Of a DNA stretch of 64,000 nt, positions 40,582 through 50,904 are shown one piece after another. A program made the position numbers and the translations under genes. The DNA lies in NCBI GenBank assembly GCA_963828255.1, contig CAWHDZ010000015.1:1-64000 (forward strand). The letters run 5' to 3'. The DNA comes from an uncultured delta proteobacterium (GTDB lineage: Bacteria; Myxococcota; Myxococcia; Myxococcales; Anaeromyxobacteraceae). How positions within the stretch are numbered: the first letter of the stretch is position 1; each line of letters begins with the position of its first letter. Below the pieces are notes generated by a model. The model was not told where the DNA came from. It worked only from the letters and a program-made list of their open reading frames with translations, and made no database searches.

Positions 40582-41100
40582 ATGCGGATCGCGCCGAACG
40601 AGGGGAGGGCGGTTCCGGCCGGCCGGGCCGGACCGGTGGAGCGGGGCGGTTTCCCGGAGGCGCTCGGCCGGGCCGGAGAGGCCGTGGGGGCAGGGGAGGC
40701 GGCCCTCGACGCCCTGCTCGCCGAGCTGGTTCCGCCCGGGCCCGGCGAGCTGCCGTCCCGGGGGTTGGGCGGGCCCCTGCTGGCCCGGGCCGTCGAGCGC
40801 ATCGTACTCGTCGTCAAGTCAGGCGCCGCACCCTCGGTGACGGTCCAGCTCGGGCGCAGCCTCGACGTCCGGATCGACCAGGCCCGAGCCGGGGTGGAGG
40901 TGACGATCCGGGCCGTCCACGGCCTCTCCCCGCTCGCCGAGGCGGAGCTTCCCGGGCTCGTGGCGGCGCTGCGGGCGCGCGGCGTGCGGGTGGCGCGCGC
41001 AGGCGTGCTGGCGCGGGGCGGCCGGGGGCGCCGGTCGTTGACGCCGCGCCGGTCGTCCGCTACAACGGCCGCCGACGACGGCTCCGTCGCCAAGTGGTAA
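40582..41100 (+). CDS. hypothetical protein (weakly FliK C-terminal-like); overlaps tRNA-Cys
   Basis: VTVQLG..LDVRI..GVEVTI..ELPGLVAALRARGVRV pattern; stop TAA lies in tRNA D-loop. Confidence 0.55.
   Translation: MRIAPNEGRAVPAGRAGPVERGGFPEALGRAGEAVGAGEAALDALLAELVPPGPGELPSRGLGGPLLARAVERIVLVVKSGAAPSVTVQLGRSLDVRIDQARAGVEVTIRAVHGLSPLAEAELPGLVAALRARGVRVARAGVLARGGRGRRSLTPRRSSATTAADDGSVAKW
41038..41066 (+). promoter_or_regulatory. sigma70 promoter of tRNA-Cys
   Basis: TTGACG-17 nt-TACAAC followed by GC-rich discriminator. Confidence 0.65.
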
Positions 41101-41154
41101 GGCAAGGGTCTGCAAAACCCTTATTCCCCGGTTCGAATCCGGGCGGAGCCTCCA
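41080..41154 (+). tRNA. tRNA-Cys(GCA)
   Basis: GGCTCCG/CGGAGCC acceptor, U73, encoded CCA, anticodon loop CTGCAAA, GGTTCGAATCC. Confidence 0.96.
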
Positions 41155-41160
41155 ACCAGA

Positions 41161-41442
41161 TCAGGACGGGAGGACGGCCTTCGGCGGCGCGTCCTTCGCC
41201 TCGCTCCGGGGCTCGCCGGCCCTCTGCCGTGTGGCGGCGGTTTCCACCTGCCGGGCCAGCTGCGCGAAGTACAGCAGCCGGTGGTCGTCGCGCAGCGCGG
41301 CGTCGGCGAGCTCGGCGATGGACCGCATGGCCCGAAGGAGCTGCTCGACCCGCACGGCATCCGTGGCCGGGTTCGACGACAGCTGCTCGATCGCCGGGGA
41401 CTTCTGCTTGCGCTTCCCCGGCGGGCTTCCGTTTCTCTTCAA
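41161..41442 (-). CDS. hypothetical small protein
   Basis: helical-looking 93-aa ORF; TTG start uncertain. Confidence 0.45.
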   Translation of the reverse strand: MKRNGSPPGKRKQKSPAIEQLSSNPATDAVRVEQLLRAMRSIAELADAALRDDHRLLYFAQLARQVETAATRQRAGEPRSEAKDAPPKAVLPS

Positions 41443-41457
41443 GGCACCCTCGCTTCT

Positions 41458-41607
41458 CTAGAAAAGGGCGAAGAGGACGGTCCCGGTGGCGGCCAGCAGG
41501 ACGCTCGCGGCCACGGCCGCGAGCCTCGACCTGCCGGGCCGGTGGCCGCACGACTCGCATCGGCCGCCCAGGAAGGGGAAGGTCAGTCCGCAGATCGAGC
41601 AGAGCAT
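41458..41607 (-). CDS. small zinc-ribbon membrane protein
   Basis: CSIC..CESC then C-terminal TM helix; upstream TTGACC-17-GATTCT promoter-like site (41724-41696). Confidence 0.5.
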   Translation of the reverse strand: MLCSICGLTFPFLGGRCESCGHRPGRSRLAAVAASVLLAATGTVLFALF

Positions 41608-41885
41608 GGGGCCGACGGGTCCTCCGTCCCGGGGAAGTCTTTCGACGTTATTCACTTTCCGTGAACGACGATCGATCACGGGGTCCTGCCAGTCGAGAAT
41701 CCAAAACGGGACGCGGAGGGTCAAGTACGGCGCACGCGTGACATGTCCCGTGAGGTGGAGACGCCGTAGGCCTGCGCGCCGCCTGACCCACCCCGGGAGG
41801 GGTGCGACCGATCTTGCCCTTTTCGGGGCGTGCGGTGAAGGTATCCGCCGCTCCCGTCACGAAGGGAACGGGAGGGCAGGTGACC

Positions 41886-42569
41886 ATGGACGGCTGCGAG
41901 GAGTTCGAGGTCGACATCGAGAGGCGGCTCCACGGCGCCCTCGGCGAGGCGGAGCGATCGCGCCTCGAGGAGCACCTGGCGGGCTGTGCGGGCTGCCGGG
42001 CCTACCAGGGCGCGGCGCGCGGGGCGGAGGCCGGGATGCGGGCCCGCGCCGGCGCGGCGGCCGCGGAGACCGACTGGGCCCGGGTCGAGCGGGGCATCCG
42101 CGGCGGGGTCCACGCCACGGTGAGGATGCTGGGCGTCGCGGTGGTCATGGCTGCCTACCTGGCCGGGATGGTGTGGCTCTCGACGGCGCCCGCGATGCGC
42201 GAGGCCCGCCTCCTGCGGATGCTCCCCGCAATGGGAATCCTCGTCGTCCTGGTCGCATTCGTGGCCGCGTACTCGGCGCGGCGCCTGGTCGCGCTGGCCG
42301 ATCGCGACGAGATGCTCGAGACCTACCGTGCGCTGGTGGCCACGAACGTCCAGTGGGCGAGGCGCATGCAGTGGGCGATCGCCGCCATCGTCGCGTTGCT
42401 GCTCTACAAGGCGCTCACCGGGACGGCCGGCGTGTTCGACCCGGCCGTCTACTACGGCGGCCTGGCCCTGCCCATGGCGGCGATCTGGCTCTACCTGCGC
42501 AGGGTGAAGTTGCCCCGGGCCGAGCGGGAGGCCCGCGACCTGGAGCTCTCCGACCGCGGGGGGCGGTAG
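41886..42569 (+). CDS. zf-HC2 (ZAS) anti-sigma factor with TM helices
   Basis: C..EEHLAGCAGC motif followed by about 4 TM segments. Confidence 0.85.
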   Translation: MDGCEEFEVDIERRLHGALGEAERSRLEEHLAGCAGCRAYQGAARGAEAGMRARAGAAAAETDWARVERGIRGGVHATVRMLGVAVVMAAYLAGMVWLSTAPAMREARLLRMLPAMGILVVLVAFVAAYSARRLVALADRDEMLETYRALVATNVQWARRMQWAIAAIVALLLYKALTGTAGVFDPAVYYGGLALPMAAIWLYLRRVKLPRAEREARDLELSDRGGR

Positions 42570-42570
42570 C

Positions 42571-43122
42571 GTGGCCGGGCGGCTCCCGGTGTTCTCCTCC
42601 GCCGAGGAGGCGGAGATCCTGGCCGGCGTCCGGGCCGGAGGCGCGGCGCGTCGCGGAGCCACCGACCGGCTCTTCCGGGAGCTTCGGGAGCCACTTCACG
42701 GTCTGTGCATGCACCTGACCGGCCGGCGCGCCGACGCCGAGGACGCGGTGCAGGAGGTCTTCGTGGCGGTGCACCGCGGCCTCCCCGGGTTCGCCGGGGC
42801 CTCCCGGCTCTCCACCTGGATCTACCGGATCGCGCTGCGGGCGGCGCTGCACGCCCGGGCGCGGCGGCAGGACGGGGAGCCGCTCGATCCGGAGACGTCC
42901 GGCGGGGGAGGCGAGGCCGACATGGCCTCCCGGGACGAGGCCCGCCGCGTGGCCTCGGCGATGGCCCGGCTGCCCGCCGGCCCGCGCGCCGTGCTCTCCC
43001 TCTTTGCGGTGGAGGGGCTCTCCCACCGCGAGATCGCTGACATCCTGGGCATCCCCGAGGGCACGGTCTGGTCGCGCCTCCACGCGGCGCGCCGGATGCT
43101 GCTCCAGTCACGATCCGCTTAA
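42571..43122 (+). CDS. ECF sigma factor
   Basis: DAEDAVQEVF, STWIYRIA, GLSHREIADILGIPEGTVWSRLH. Confidence 0.92.
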   Translation: MAGRLPVFSSAEEAEILAGVRAGGAARRGATDRLFRELREPLHGLCMHLTGRRADAEDAVQEVFVAVHRGLPGFAGASRLSTWIYRIALRAALHARARRQDGEPLDPETSGGGGEADMASRDEARRVASAMARLPAGPRAVLSLFAVEGLSHREIADILGIPEGTVWSRLHAARRMLLQSRSA

Positions 43123-43200
43123 GCCCCAGGTGGGTCCTGTGAAATGGACCGCCCCGTCATACGTCCTGGGAGCTTCCATCCCATCACCCAGGGGGATCCC

Positions 43201-43632
43201 ATGAGCACGAAGCAGGTTGCGATCGCGGTCTTCACCGTCGCGCTCCTCGTCGTCGCCGCCTCGGTGACGGCAGGTGAGCCCACGTCGAAGGCGAGGTCCG
43301 TGCTGGCCCGGGGCAAGTACATCGTCGAGGGAGTGGGCATGTGCGCCGACTGCCACTCGCCGAGAAACGAGAAGGGGGAGTACGTCAAGGAGCGGTGGCT
43401 CCAGGGGGCCGCGATCACCTTCAAGCCCACCGTGCCGATGCCGTTCTGGGCGGAGGCGGCGCCGCCGCTGGCCGGTCTGCCCGGGTGGACCGACGCCCAG
43501 CTCGTCACCTTGCTCACGACCGGCAAGGACCAGAAGGGCAAGCCTCCCGAGCCGCCCATGCCGGAGTACCGGATGAGCAAGGAGGACGCCGCAGCCGTCG
43601 CCGCCTACCTGAGATCCCTCGGGAAGGGGTAG
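43201..43632 (+). CDS. periplasmic monoheme cytochrome c
   Basis: signal peptide, RGKY..CADCH, PPMP axial Met. Confidence 0.9.
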   Translation: MSTKQVAIAVFTVALLVVAASVTAGEPTSKARSVLARGKYIVEGVGMCADCHSPRNEKGEYVKERWLQGAAITFKPTVPMPFWAEAAPPLAGLPGWTDAQLVTLLTTGKDQKGKPPEPPMPEYRMSKEDAAAVAAYLRSLGKG

Positions 43633-43642
43633 CCTCCCGACC

Positions 43643-43954
43643 GTGACCGACGCGTGCCAGTACTGCGGGGCCGACCTCGACGCGGCGCCCCCGGTCCGGG
43701 AGACGGGCTTCCTCTACGGCATCGAGTGCCGCCGCTGCCCACCGGGACGGCGGCGGTCGCTCGTGCTGCCGCGCCCCGGGCCGGTGGACGCCCTCGACTG
43801 TCCCGACTGCGGCGCGGTGATCGCCCCGGCCGCCACCCACGAGGACGTGCTGGTGGTGAAGGAGATGACCTTCGTGGTCTGCCCGGGATGCGGCGAGCGC
43901 TGCGACGTCCACGCCGTGCGCAAGCTCCGGGACGTGTCGGGCGGGACCATGTAG
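43643..43954 (+). CDS. small protein with four CxxC pairs (double zinc ribbon)
   Basis: CQYC, CRRC, CPDC, CPGC. Confidence 0.65.
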   Translation: MTDACQYCGADLDAAPPVRETGFLYGIECRRCPPGRRRSLVLPRPGPVDALDCPDCGAVIAPAATHEDVLVVKEMTFVVCPGCGERCDVHAVRKLRDVSGGTM

Positions 43955-43958
43955 CCGC

Positions 43959-44933
43959 TCAGATCCACCCGACCTTCCGGTACCACTCCGCCGATCGGTC
44001 GATCGACTCCGCCAGGCCGACCCTGGCCTCGAAGCCCAGCACCTGCCGCGCCTTGCCCGGGTCGCACACCCACCCCGGCGCCAGCACCTGCTCGGCCAGC
44101 TTGCGGTTGATGGGGAGGTGGCGGCCGAGGAGCTTGCTCGCCACGTCGGCGAGCGAGCCGATCCCGCGCAGCACCGCCGGGGGGACGTTCACGGTCCGTG
44201 TCGTCACGCCGAGCGCCCGGGCCACCGCCCGCTGCAACCCCTCGATGCTGGTCAGGTCCGGCGACGCGACGAAGAAGGCCTGCCCCACCGCCTCGGGGCG
44301 CTCCGCGAGCAGCGCCATCCCGCGCGCGCAGTCCTCCACGTCCACCCAGGAGAGCGGCCGATCCTGGGACCCGAACGCGAGGTGGATGCCCCTCGCGGCG
44401 ATCCGGAAGAACAACAGATTCTCCTTGTCCCCCGGGCCGGTGATGCGCGGGGGGCGGGCCACGGTCACCGGGAGCCGGTCGCCGAACGTCAGCGTGAGCC
44501 GCTCGGCCTCCACCTTCGACTCCCCGTACCATTCACGCGGAGCGAACGGTTCCTCCTCGCGCCGGGGCGTGGCCGACGGGCCAGCCGCTGCCATCGATCC
44601 GGCCAGCACGAAGCGGGTGAGCCCGGGGGCGTGGGCGGCGCAGGCCTCGAGCAGGAGCCGGGTTCCTTCGGCGTTCACCCGGAAGAAGTCCTCGCGCCGG
44701 GGGGCGCGGCGGATGCCGGCCAGGTGGAAGACCACGTCGCAGCCGCGGACCGCGGCGGGCAGGCTTTCCGGGGCGGTGACGTCGCCGCAGGCCTCCTCGA
44801 CGCCCAGGCCGGAGAGCGCGCCGAGCTGGCGCCCGGGCCGGACCAGGGCCCGCACCTCGTGCCCCCCCGCGCGCAGCGCCCGGCAGAGCCAGGTCCCGAG
44901 AAACCCGCCGGCACCGGTGACGAGCGCGCGCAT
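43959..44933 (-). CDS. NAD-dependent epimerase/dehydratase (extended SDR)
   Basis: ALVTGAGGFLG, VFHLAG, YGESK. Confidence 0.92.
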   Translation of the reverse strand: MRALVTGAGGFLGTWLCRALRAGGHEVRALVRPGRQLGALSGLGVEEACGDVTAPESLPAAVRGCDVVFHLAGIRRAPRREDFFRVNAEGTRLLLEACAAHAPGLTRFVLAGSMAAAGPSATPRREEEPFAPREWYGESKVEAERLTLTFGDRLPVTVARPPRITGPGDKENLLFFRIAARGIHLAFGSQDRPLSWVDVEDCARGMALLAERPEAVGQAFFVASPDLTSIEGLQRAVARALGVTTRTVNVPPAVLRGIGSLADVASKLLGRHLPINRKLAEQVLAPGWVCDPGKARQVLGFEARVGLAESIDRSAEWYRKVGWI

Positions 44934-44957
44934 GCGACAAGGCTTATCATGCCGCCC

Positions 44958-46960
44958 ATGCGGACCGTCCGGGCCACCTGCCCATTCGACTGCCCCGACG
45001 CCTGCGGCCTCCTCGTCGACGTGGAGGGCGACCGGGTGGAGAAGGTCCGGGGCGACCCCGACCACCCCTACAGCCAGGGCACCCTCTGCCCCAAGGTGAA
45101 CGGCTACGAGCGGAGCGTGCACGCCGCCGGCCGGCTCACCACCCCGATGCTGCGCGACGGGCCGAAGGGGGAGGGGAAGTTCCGCCCCGTCTCCTGGGAC
45201 GAGGCCGTCGCCCATGTCGCCTCGCGCCTCCGGGAGATCGCCGCCGCCCACGGCCCCGAGTCGATCCTCCCCTACTCCTACGCCGGGACCATGGGGCTCG
45301 TGCAGCGCAACGCCGGCCACGCCTTCTTCCACGCCCTGGGGGCCTCCCGGCTCGACCGGACCATCTGCTCTCCGGCCAAGGGGGCGGGGTGGAAGGCCGT
45401 CATGGGCGAGACCGTCGCCCCCCACCCCGACGAGGTGCTCCGGAGCGACCTGGCCATCGTCTGGGGACTGAACGCCGTCGCCACCAGCATCCACTTCGCC
45501 CAGCGGGTGAAGGAGGCGCGCCGGCGCGGCGCGGAGGTCTGGGTGGTCGAGACCTACCGGACCCCCACCGCCGACCTGGCCGACCGGGTCTTCCTGGTGC
45601 GCCCCGGGAGCGACGGGGCGCTGGCGCTGGGGATGGCCCACGTCCTCTTCCGCGACGGCCTCGCCGACCTGCCTTTCCTGCGCGAGCGGGTCCAGGGATG
45701 GGAGCGCCTTCGCGACGAGGTTCTCCCGGAGTGCACGCCCGCCTGGGCGGCCGGGAAGACCGGGCTCGACGCGTCCACGGTGGAGGAGATGGCCCGCCGC
45801 TACGCCCGGCCCGCGCCCCCTTCATCCGGCTGGGGAGCGGCCTCTCCCGCTACGGCAACGGCGCCATGAACGTGCGCTGCATCACCTGCCTGCCCGCCCT
45901 CACCGGGGCCTGGACCAAGGACGGCGGCGGGCTCCTCACCTCCACCAGCGGAAGCCAGGCCTTCGACACCTCCCTCGTCACCCGGGAGGATCTCCAGCCG
46001 CGCCCCACACGGCTCGTCAACATGAACCGGCTCGGCCACGCCCTCACCCTGCTCGATTCACCCAGGGTGATGGCGATGGTGGTCTACGCCGCCAACCCGG
46101 CGGCGGTGACGCCCGACCAGGAGGCGGTGCTCCGGGGCCTCTCCCGCGACGACCTCTTCACGGTGGTGCACGAGCGCTACCTCACCGACACCGCCCGCTA
46201 CGCCGACGTCCTCCTCCCCGCCACCACCGCGCTGGAGCACGACGACCTCTACTGCTCCTATGGACAGTACGTGATCCAGCGGGTCGCGCCGGCCGTGGCG
46301 CCGGTCGGGCAGTCCTGGTCCAACTGGGATCTCTTCCGGCGGCTGGCCGTCGAGATGGGGCTCCCCCAGCCCTTCTTCCGGCAGACCTCGCGCGACCTGG
46401 TGGACGCGCTGCTGGCGAAACCGGCGGTGCTGCGCACCGGCATCGACGAGGAAGCGCTCGCCGAGGGGCGGGGTGTCGAGCTCGCGCTCCCCCCCGGCGC
46501 GAAGGGCGCCTTCCGGACGCCGTCCGGAAAGGTCGAGATCGAGAACCCGCGCCAGCGCCACCCGCTGCCCCGCTGGATGCCCAGCCACGAGGAGGTCGGG
46601 GAGCTGCCCTTCCGGCTCATGACCGGTGCCTCGGTGTGGGGGCTCAACTCCTCCTTCCGGGAGCGGCCCGAGCTGCGCGAGCGGGAGGGTGAGCCGGCTC
46701 TCATGGTGAACCCCGCCGACGCGGCGGCTCGTGGGCTCACAGGTCCGCGGGTGGTGGCCTGGAACGCGCTCGGGGAGGCCAGCTTTGCACTGGACGTCAC
46801 CGACCGGACCCCGCCAGGGGTGGTGATCGCCGAGGGAGTGCCCTGGCTTTCCCATGTCCAGGGCGGGCGGACGGTGAACGCCCTGACCTCCCAGCGGCTC
46901 ACCGACGAGGGCGCTGGAAGCACGTTTTACGACAACCGGGTGGCCCTCCGTTCCGGCTGA
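44958..46960 (+). CDS. molybdopterin oxidoreductase (apparent 1-nt frameshift near 45805-45820)
   Basis: [16 protein letters not shown]-terminus in one frame; [29 protein letters not shown] in the next frame. Confidence 0.88.
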
Positions 46961-47015
46961 CAGCTTCGCCGGGGTGGGGTATAAGCGGACCCCCCTATCG
47001 CCAAGGAGACGACGC

Positions 47016-49592
47016 GTGAGCAACCCCGTCATCGACGCTTATCTGAAGCACGTTGAGGAGCGGAAGGGGCAGGGCATCCCCCCCCGCCAGCTCGACCCGG
47101 AGCAGACCCAGGAGGTGGTGAAGCTCCTGCAGAAGCCGCCCAAGGGGCAGGAGGCCTTCCTCCTCGAGCTCCTCCGCGACCGCGTCTCCCCCGGCGTGGA
47201 CCCCGCCGCCGAGGTGAAGGCGGCCTTCCTGGCCGAGGTCGTCACCGGGAAGAAGAAGTCGCCGGTCCTCACCAAGAAGGACGCCGTCTTCATGCTCGGC
47301 ACCATGGGCGGCGGCTACAACGTCCCGCCGCTCGTCGCCACGCTCAAGGTGAAGGGTCTCGCCGACGACGCCGCCAAGGCCCTCTCCGGCCTGACCTACG
47401 TCTACGACTCCTTCGACGACGTGGCCGCCCTCGCCAAGGCCAAGAACGCCGCCGCAAAGGTGGTGCTCGAGTCCTGGGCCGCGGCCGAGTGGTTCACCTC
47501 CCGCCCGGGAATCCCCGACTCGGTGAAGGTGAAGGTCTTCAAGGTCGACGGCGAGATCAACACCGACGACTTCTCCCCGGCCGGCGACGCCTCCACCCGC
47601 CCGGACATCCCGCTCCACGCGCTCGCCATGGGCAAGACCCGCTTCCCCACGGGCCTGAAGACCATCGCCGAGTTCCGCAAGGACGGGTTCCAGGTGGCCT
47701 TCGTGGGCGACGTGGTGGGGACCGGCTCGTCCCGCAAGTCGGCCATCAACTCGGTGCTCTGGGCCATCGGGGAGGACATCCCGCACGTGCCCAACAAGAG
47801 GCGCAACGGCGTCATCATCGGCGGGGTCATCGCCCCCATCTTCTTCAACACCGCCGAGGACTCGGGCGCGCTCCCCATCAAGGCCGACGTCTCGAAGCTC
47901 AAGACCGGCGACGTGGTCACCATCGACTTCAAGAAGGGGGAGGTCCGCTCCGATTCGGGGGAGGTGCTCACCACCTTCAAGCTCCAGCCGGAGAACCTCG
48001 GCGACGAATACCGCGCCGGCGGCCGCATCCCGCTCATCATCGGCCGCGCCATCACCGACCGGGCCCGCAAGCTCCTCAAGAAGGGGCCGGCGAGCACCTT
48101 CATGGTGAAGAAGAACCCCGAGCCGAAGAAGGGGCAGGGCTACACGCTGGCCCAGAAGATGGTGGGCAAGGCCTGCGGCATCCCGGGTGCGCTGCCGGGC
48201 TGGTACGTCGAGCCCCGCATGACCACGGTGGGCAGCCAGGACACCACCGGCCCCATGACCGCCGACGAGCTGAAGGAGCTCGCCTGCCTCAGGTTCCAGG
48301 CGCCCATGGTCATGCAGTCCTTCTGCCACACCGCGGCCTACCCCAAGGCGGCCGACGTCAAGATGCACAAGACGCTGCCGGCCTTCGTGAACGAGCGTGG
48401 TGGCGTGTCGCTGCGTCCGGGCGATGGCGTCATCCACTCCTGGTTGAACCGGCTCCTGCTCCCCGACACGGTAGGCACCGGCGGCGACAGCCACACCCGC
48501 TTCCCCATCGGCATCAGCTTCCCGGCCGGGTCGGGCCTGGTGGCCTTCGCCGGCGCGCTGGGCTTCATGCCGCTCGACATGCCGGAGAGCGTGCTGGTCC
48601 GCTTCAAGGGCAAGCTCAACCCCGGCATCACGCTGCGTGACGTGGTGAACGCCATCCCCTACCGGGCCATCCAGGAGGGGCTGCTCACCGTGCCCAAGAA
48701 GGGGAAGAAGAACGTCTTCAACGGCCGGATCCTCGAGATGGAAGGGCTGCCCGACCTCACCGTGGAGCAGGCCTTCGAGCTCACCGACGCCGCCGCCGAG
48801 CGCAGCGCCGCCGCCGCCGCGGTGAAGCTCTCCGAGAAGACCGTGGCCGCCTACCTCCGCTCCAACGTGGCCCTCATGAAGAAGATGATCGCCACCGGCT
48901 ACCAGGACGCGAAGACGCTCGCGGGGCGCATCGCCGCCGCCGAGAAGTGGCTCAAGAAGCCCGAGCTGCTCGCGGCCGACAAGAACGCCGAGTACGCGGC
49001 GGTCATCGAGATCGACCTGGCCCAGATCACCGAGCCCATCCTGGCCTGCCCCAACGACCCCGACGACGTGAAGCTCCTCAGCGACGTCGCCAACACCAAG
49101 ATCGACGACGTCTTCCTGGGCTCTTGCATGACGAACATCGGCCACTTCCGCGCCGCCGGCGAGATCTGGAAGGGGCAGAAGTTCAACCCGGCCGTGCGCA
49201 CCTGGATCTGCCCGCCCACCCGGATGGACCAGCAGGAGCTGCGCGACGAGGCCTACTTCACCGTGTTCAGCCAGATCGGCGCCCGCATCGAGATGGCCGG
49301 TTGCTCGCTCTGCATGGGCAACCAGGCCCGCGTCCCCGGCAAGACCAACGTGTTCTCCACGTCGACCCGCAACTTCGACGACCGGATGGGCGACGGCGCC
49401 CAGGTGTTCCTGGGGTCGGCCGAGCTGGGCGCGGTGGCCTCCAACCTGGGGCGGCTGCCCACCAAGGAGGAGTACTTCGCGGCCTACGCCGAGAAGATCG
49501 CGCCGCGTTTCGAGAAGGTCTACCGGTACCTCCAGTTCGACGAACTGGCCGAGTATCAGCCGGCCGGCAAGAAGGGGCTTCGCGTCGCCTGA
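47016..49592 (+). CDS. acnB: aconitate hydratase 2
   Basis: [51 protein letters not shown] start after AAGGAG. Confidence 0.96.
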   Translation: MSNPVIDAYLKHVEERKGQGIPPRQLDPEQTQEVVKLLQKPPKGQEAFLLELLRDRVSPGVDPAAEVKAAFLAEVVTGKKKSPVLTKKDAVFMLGTMGGGYNVPPLVATLKVKGLADDAAKALSGLTYVYDSFDDVAALAKAKNAAAKVVLESWAAAEWFTSRPGIPDSVKVKVFKVDGEINTDDFSPAGDASTRPDIPLHALAMGKTRFPTGLKTIAEFRKDGFQVAFVGDVVGTGSSRKSAINSVLWAIGEDIPHVPNKRRNGVIIGGVIAPIFFNTAEDSGALPIKADVSKLKTGDVVTIDFKKGEVRSDSGEVLTTFKLQPENLGDEYRAGGRIPLIIGRAITDRARKLLKKGPASTFMVKKNPEPKKGQGYTLAQKMVGKACGIPGALPGWYVEPRMTTVGSQDTTGPMTADELKELACLRFQAPMVMQSFCHTAAYPKAADVKMHKTLPAFVNERGGVSLRPGDGVIHSWLNRLLLPDTVGTGGDSHTRFPIGISFPAGSGLVAFAGALGFMPLDMPESVLVRFKGKLNPGITLRDVVNAIPYRAIQEGLLTVPKKGKKNVFNGRILEMEGLPDLTVEQAFELTDAAAERSAAAAAVKLSEKTVAAYLRSNVALMKKMIATGYQDAKTLAGRIAAAEKWLKKPELLAADKNAEYAAVIEIDLAQITEPILACPNDPDDVKLLSDVANTKIDDVFLGSCMTNIGHFRAAGEIWKGQKFNPAVRTWICPPTRMDQQELRDEAYFTVFSQIGARIEMAGCSLCMGNQARVPGKTNVFSTSTRNFDDRMGDGAQVFLGSAELGAVASNLGRLPTKEEYFAAYAEKIAPRFEKVYRYLQFDELAEYQPAGKKGLRVA

Positions 49593-49674
49593 TCGGAACG
49601 CACCGCGCTGATCCGACGGGCCGTTCCCGGGGTGGGGGCGGCCCGTGGTGCGTGCGGCCTCGCGGAGAGCGCGA

Positions 49675-50109
49675 TCAGGCCGGGGTGTGCCCCGAGACCC
49701 AGCGCTCCATCTCGCCCGCCGGCATGACGCCGCTGTGGCGGGCGATCTCCTGGCCGCCGAGGAAGAGGACGAAGGTGGGGATGGCCCGGATCCCGAGCCG
49801 GGCGGCGGCCTCCTGCTCCTCGTCGCTGTTCACCTTGAGGACGAGCAGGTCCCCGGCCGTCCTGCGCCCCAGGTCGGCGAAGATGGGTGCGGCCGTCCGG
49901 CACGGGCCGCACCAGGGAGCCCAGAAGTCCACCAGGACCGGCACGGGGGAGTTGCGGACCGCGGATTCGAGCTGGGGGCCGGTGACTGCGCGGGGCTCGC
50001 CCGAGACGTCGAGGCCGGACTTGCACTTGCCGCAGACCGGGGCCGAGCCTGGCGGGGCGGCTCCGATGCGATTGAGGGCGCCGCAGCGGGCGCAGAGGTG
50101 TGCCTTCAT
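49675..50109 (-). CDS. trxC: thioredoxin 2-like (Zn finger + Trx)
   Basis: CARC..CGKC then DFWAPWCGPC. Confidence 0.88.
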   Translation of the reverse strand: MKAHLCARCGALNRIGAAPPGSAPVCGKCKSGLDVSGEPRAVTGPQLESAVRNSPVPVLVDFWAPWCGPCRTAAPIFADLGRRTAGDLLVLKVNSDEEQEAAARLGIRAIPTFVLFLGGQEIARHSGVMPAGEMERWVSGHTPA

Positions 50110-50207
50110 CGGAGGAAGGGTAAGCACGCCTGGCGAGGAGGCAAGCGGGGGCCCCGCCGACCGCCGCCGGGCTTGCAGGCGCGGGGGCCGTCGCGTATCA
50201 GCCATGC

Positions 50208-50882
50208 ATGCCCCGCGTGGACGCCATCGAGATCGTCGAGGACTTCACCGCATCCGCACGCTGCGACGAGGGATTCCTGCACGTGCGCAGGTACCGCGCC
50301 CGGAACCGGCGGGCCGACGGTCCGCCCTCCGGCACCTACCGCATCGACGTCCTCGACCGCCCCTCCCTCGACGCCGTGGCGGTCTGCCTCTGGGCGCGGA
50401 CGCCCCGGGGGGTGGAGGTGCTGCTCCGGCGGCAGCTGCGGCCGGCGGTCCTGTTCCGGCGCGGGAAGGTGCGTGCGCTCCCGGAGGCCGAGTCGCTGCT
50501 CCACGAGGAGATCGTGGCGGGGCTGGTCGAGCCTGGGGAGAAGGGGCTCGACGCGCTCCGGCGACGCGGCGCCGACGAGGCCAGGGAGGAGGCGGGCATC
50601 GAGGTGGACCCGTCGCGCCTCTCGCCGCTGGGGGCCGCCTTCTACATGCTCCCCGGGATCATCTCGGAGAAGATCCACCTGCTCGAGGCGGAGGTTCCCC
50701 GTGGCGACGCCGCGGGAGAGCACGACGCGCCGCTGGAAGGCGACGGCTCGCCCCTCGAGGAGGGGGCGACCCTGATCTGGCGCGGCCTCGACGAGGCCAT
50801 CGCCGCCTGCGAATCGGGGGAGATTGAGGATGCCAAGTCGGAGCTGGCCTTCCGCCGGCTGCGCGACCGGGTCCGGAGCTGA
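50208..50882 (+). CDS. NUDIX hydrolase
   Basis: EIVAGLVE..EAREEAG, SEKIH, GEIEDAKSE. Confidence 0.85.
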   Translation: MPRVDAIEIVEDFTASARCDEGFLHVRRYRARNRRADGPPSGTYRIDVLDRPSLDAVAVCLWARTPRGVEVLLRRQLRPAVLFRRGKVRALPEAESLLHEEIVAGLVEPGEKGLDALRRRGADEAREEAGIEVDPSRLSPLGAAFYMLPGIISEKIHLLEAEVPRGDAAGEHDAPLEGDGSPLEEGATLIWRGLDEAIAACESGEIEDAKSELAFRRLRDRVRS

Positions 50883-50904
50883 GACGAAGCACGAGGAGGA
50901 TTCC

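Noticed and set aside
41080..43954. Island integrated at tRNA-Cys
   Set aside because: No integrase and no duplicated tRNA 3' end seen in the window.
45800..45825. Programmed -1 frameshifting in the four split genes
   Set aside because: No X XXY YYZ slippery heptamer with A/T runs, and these families are normally continuous.
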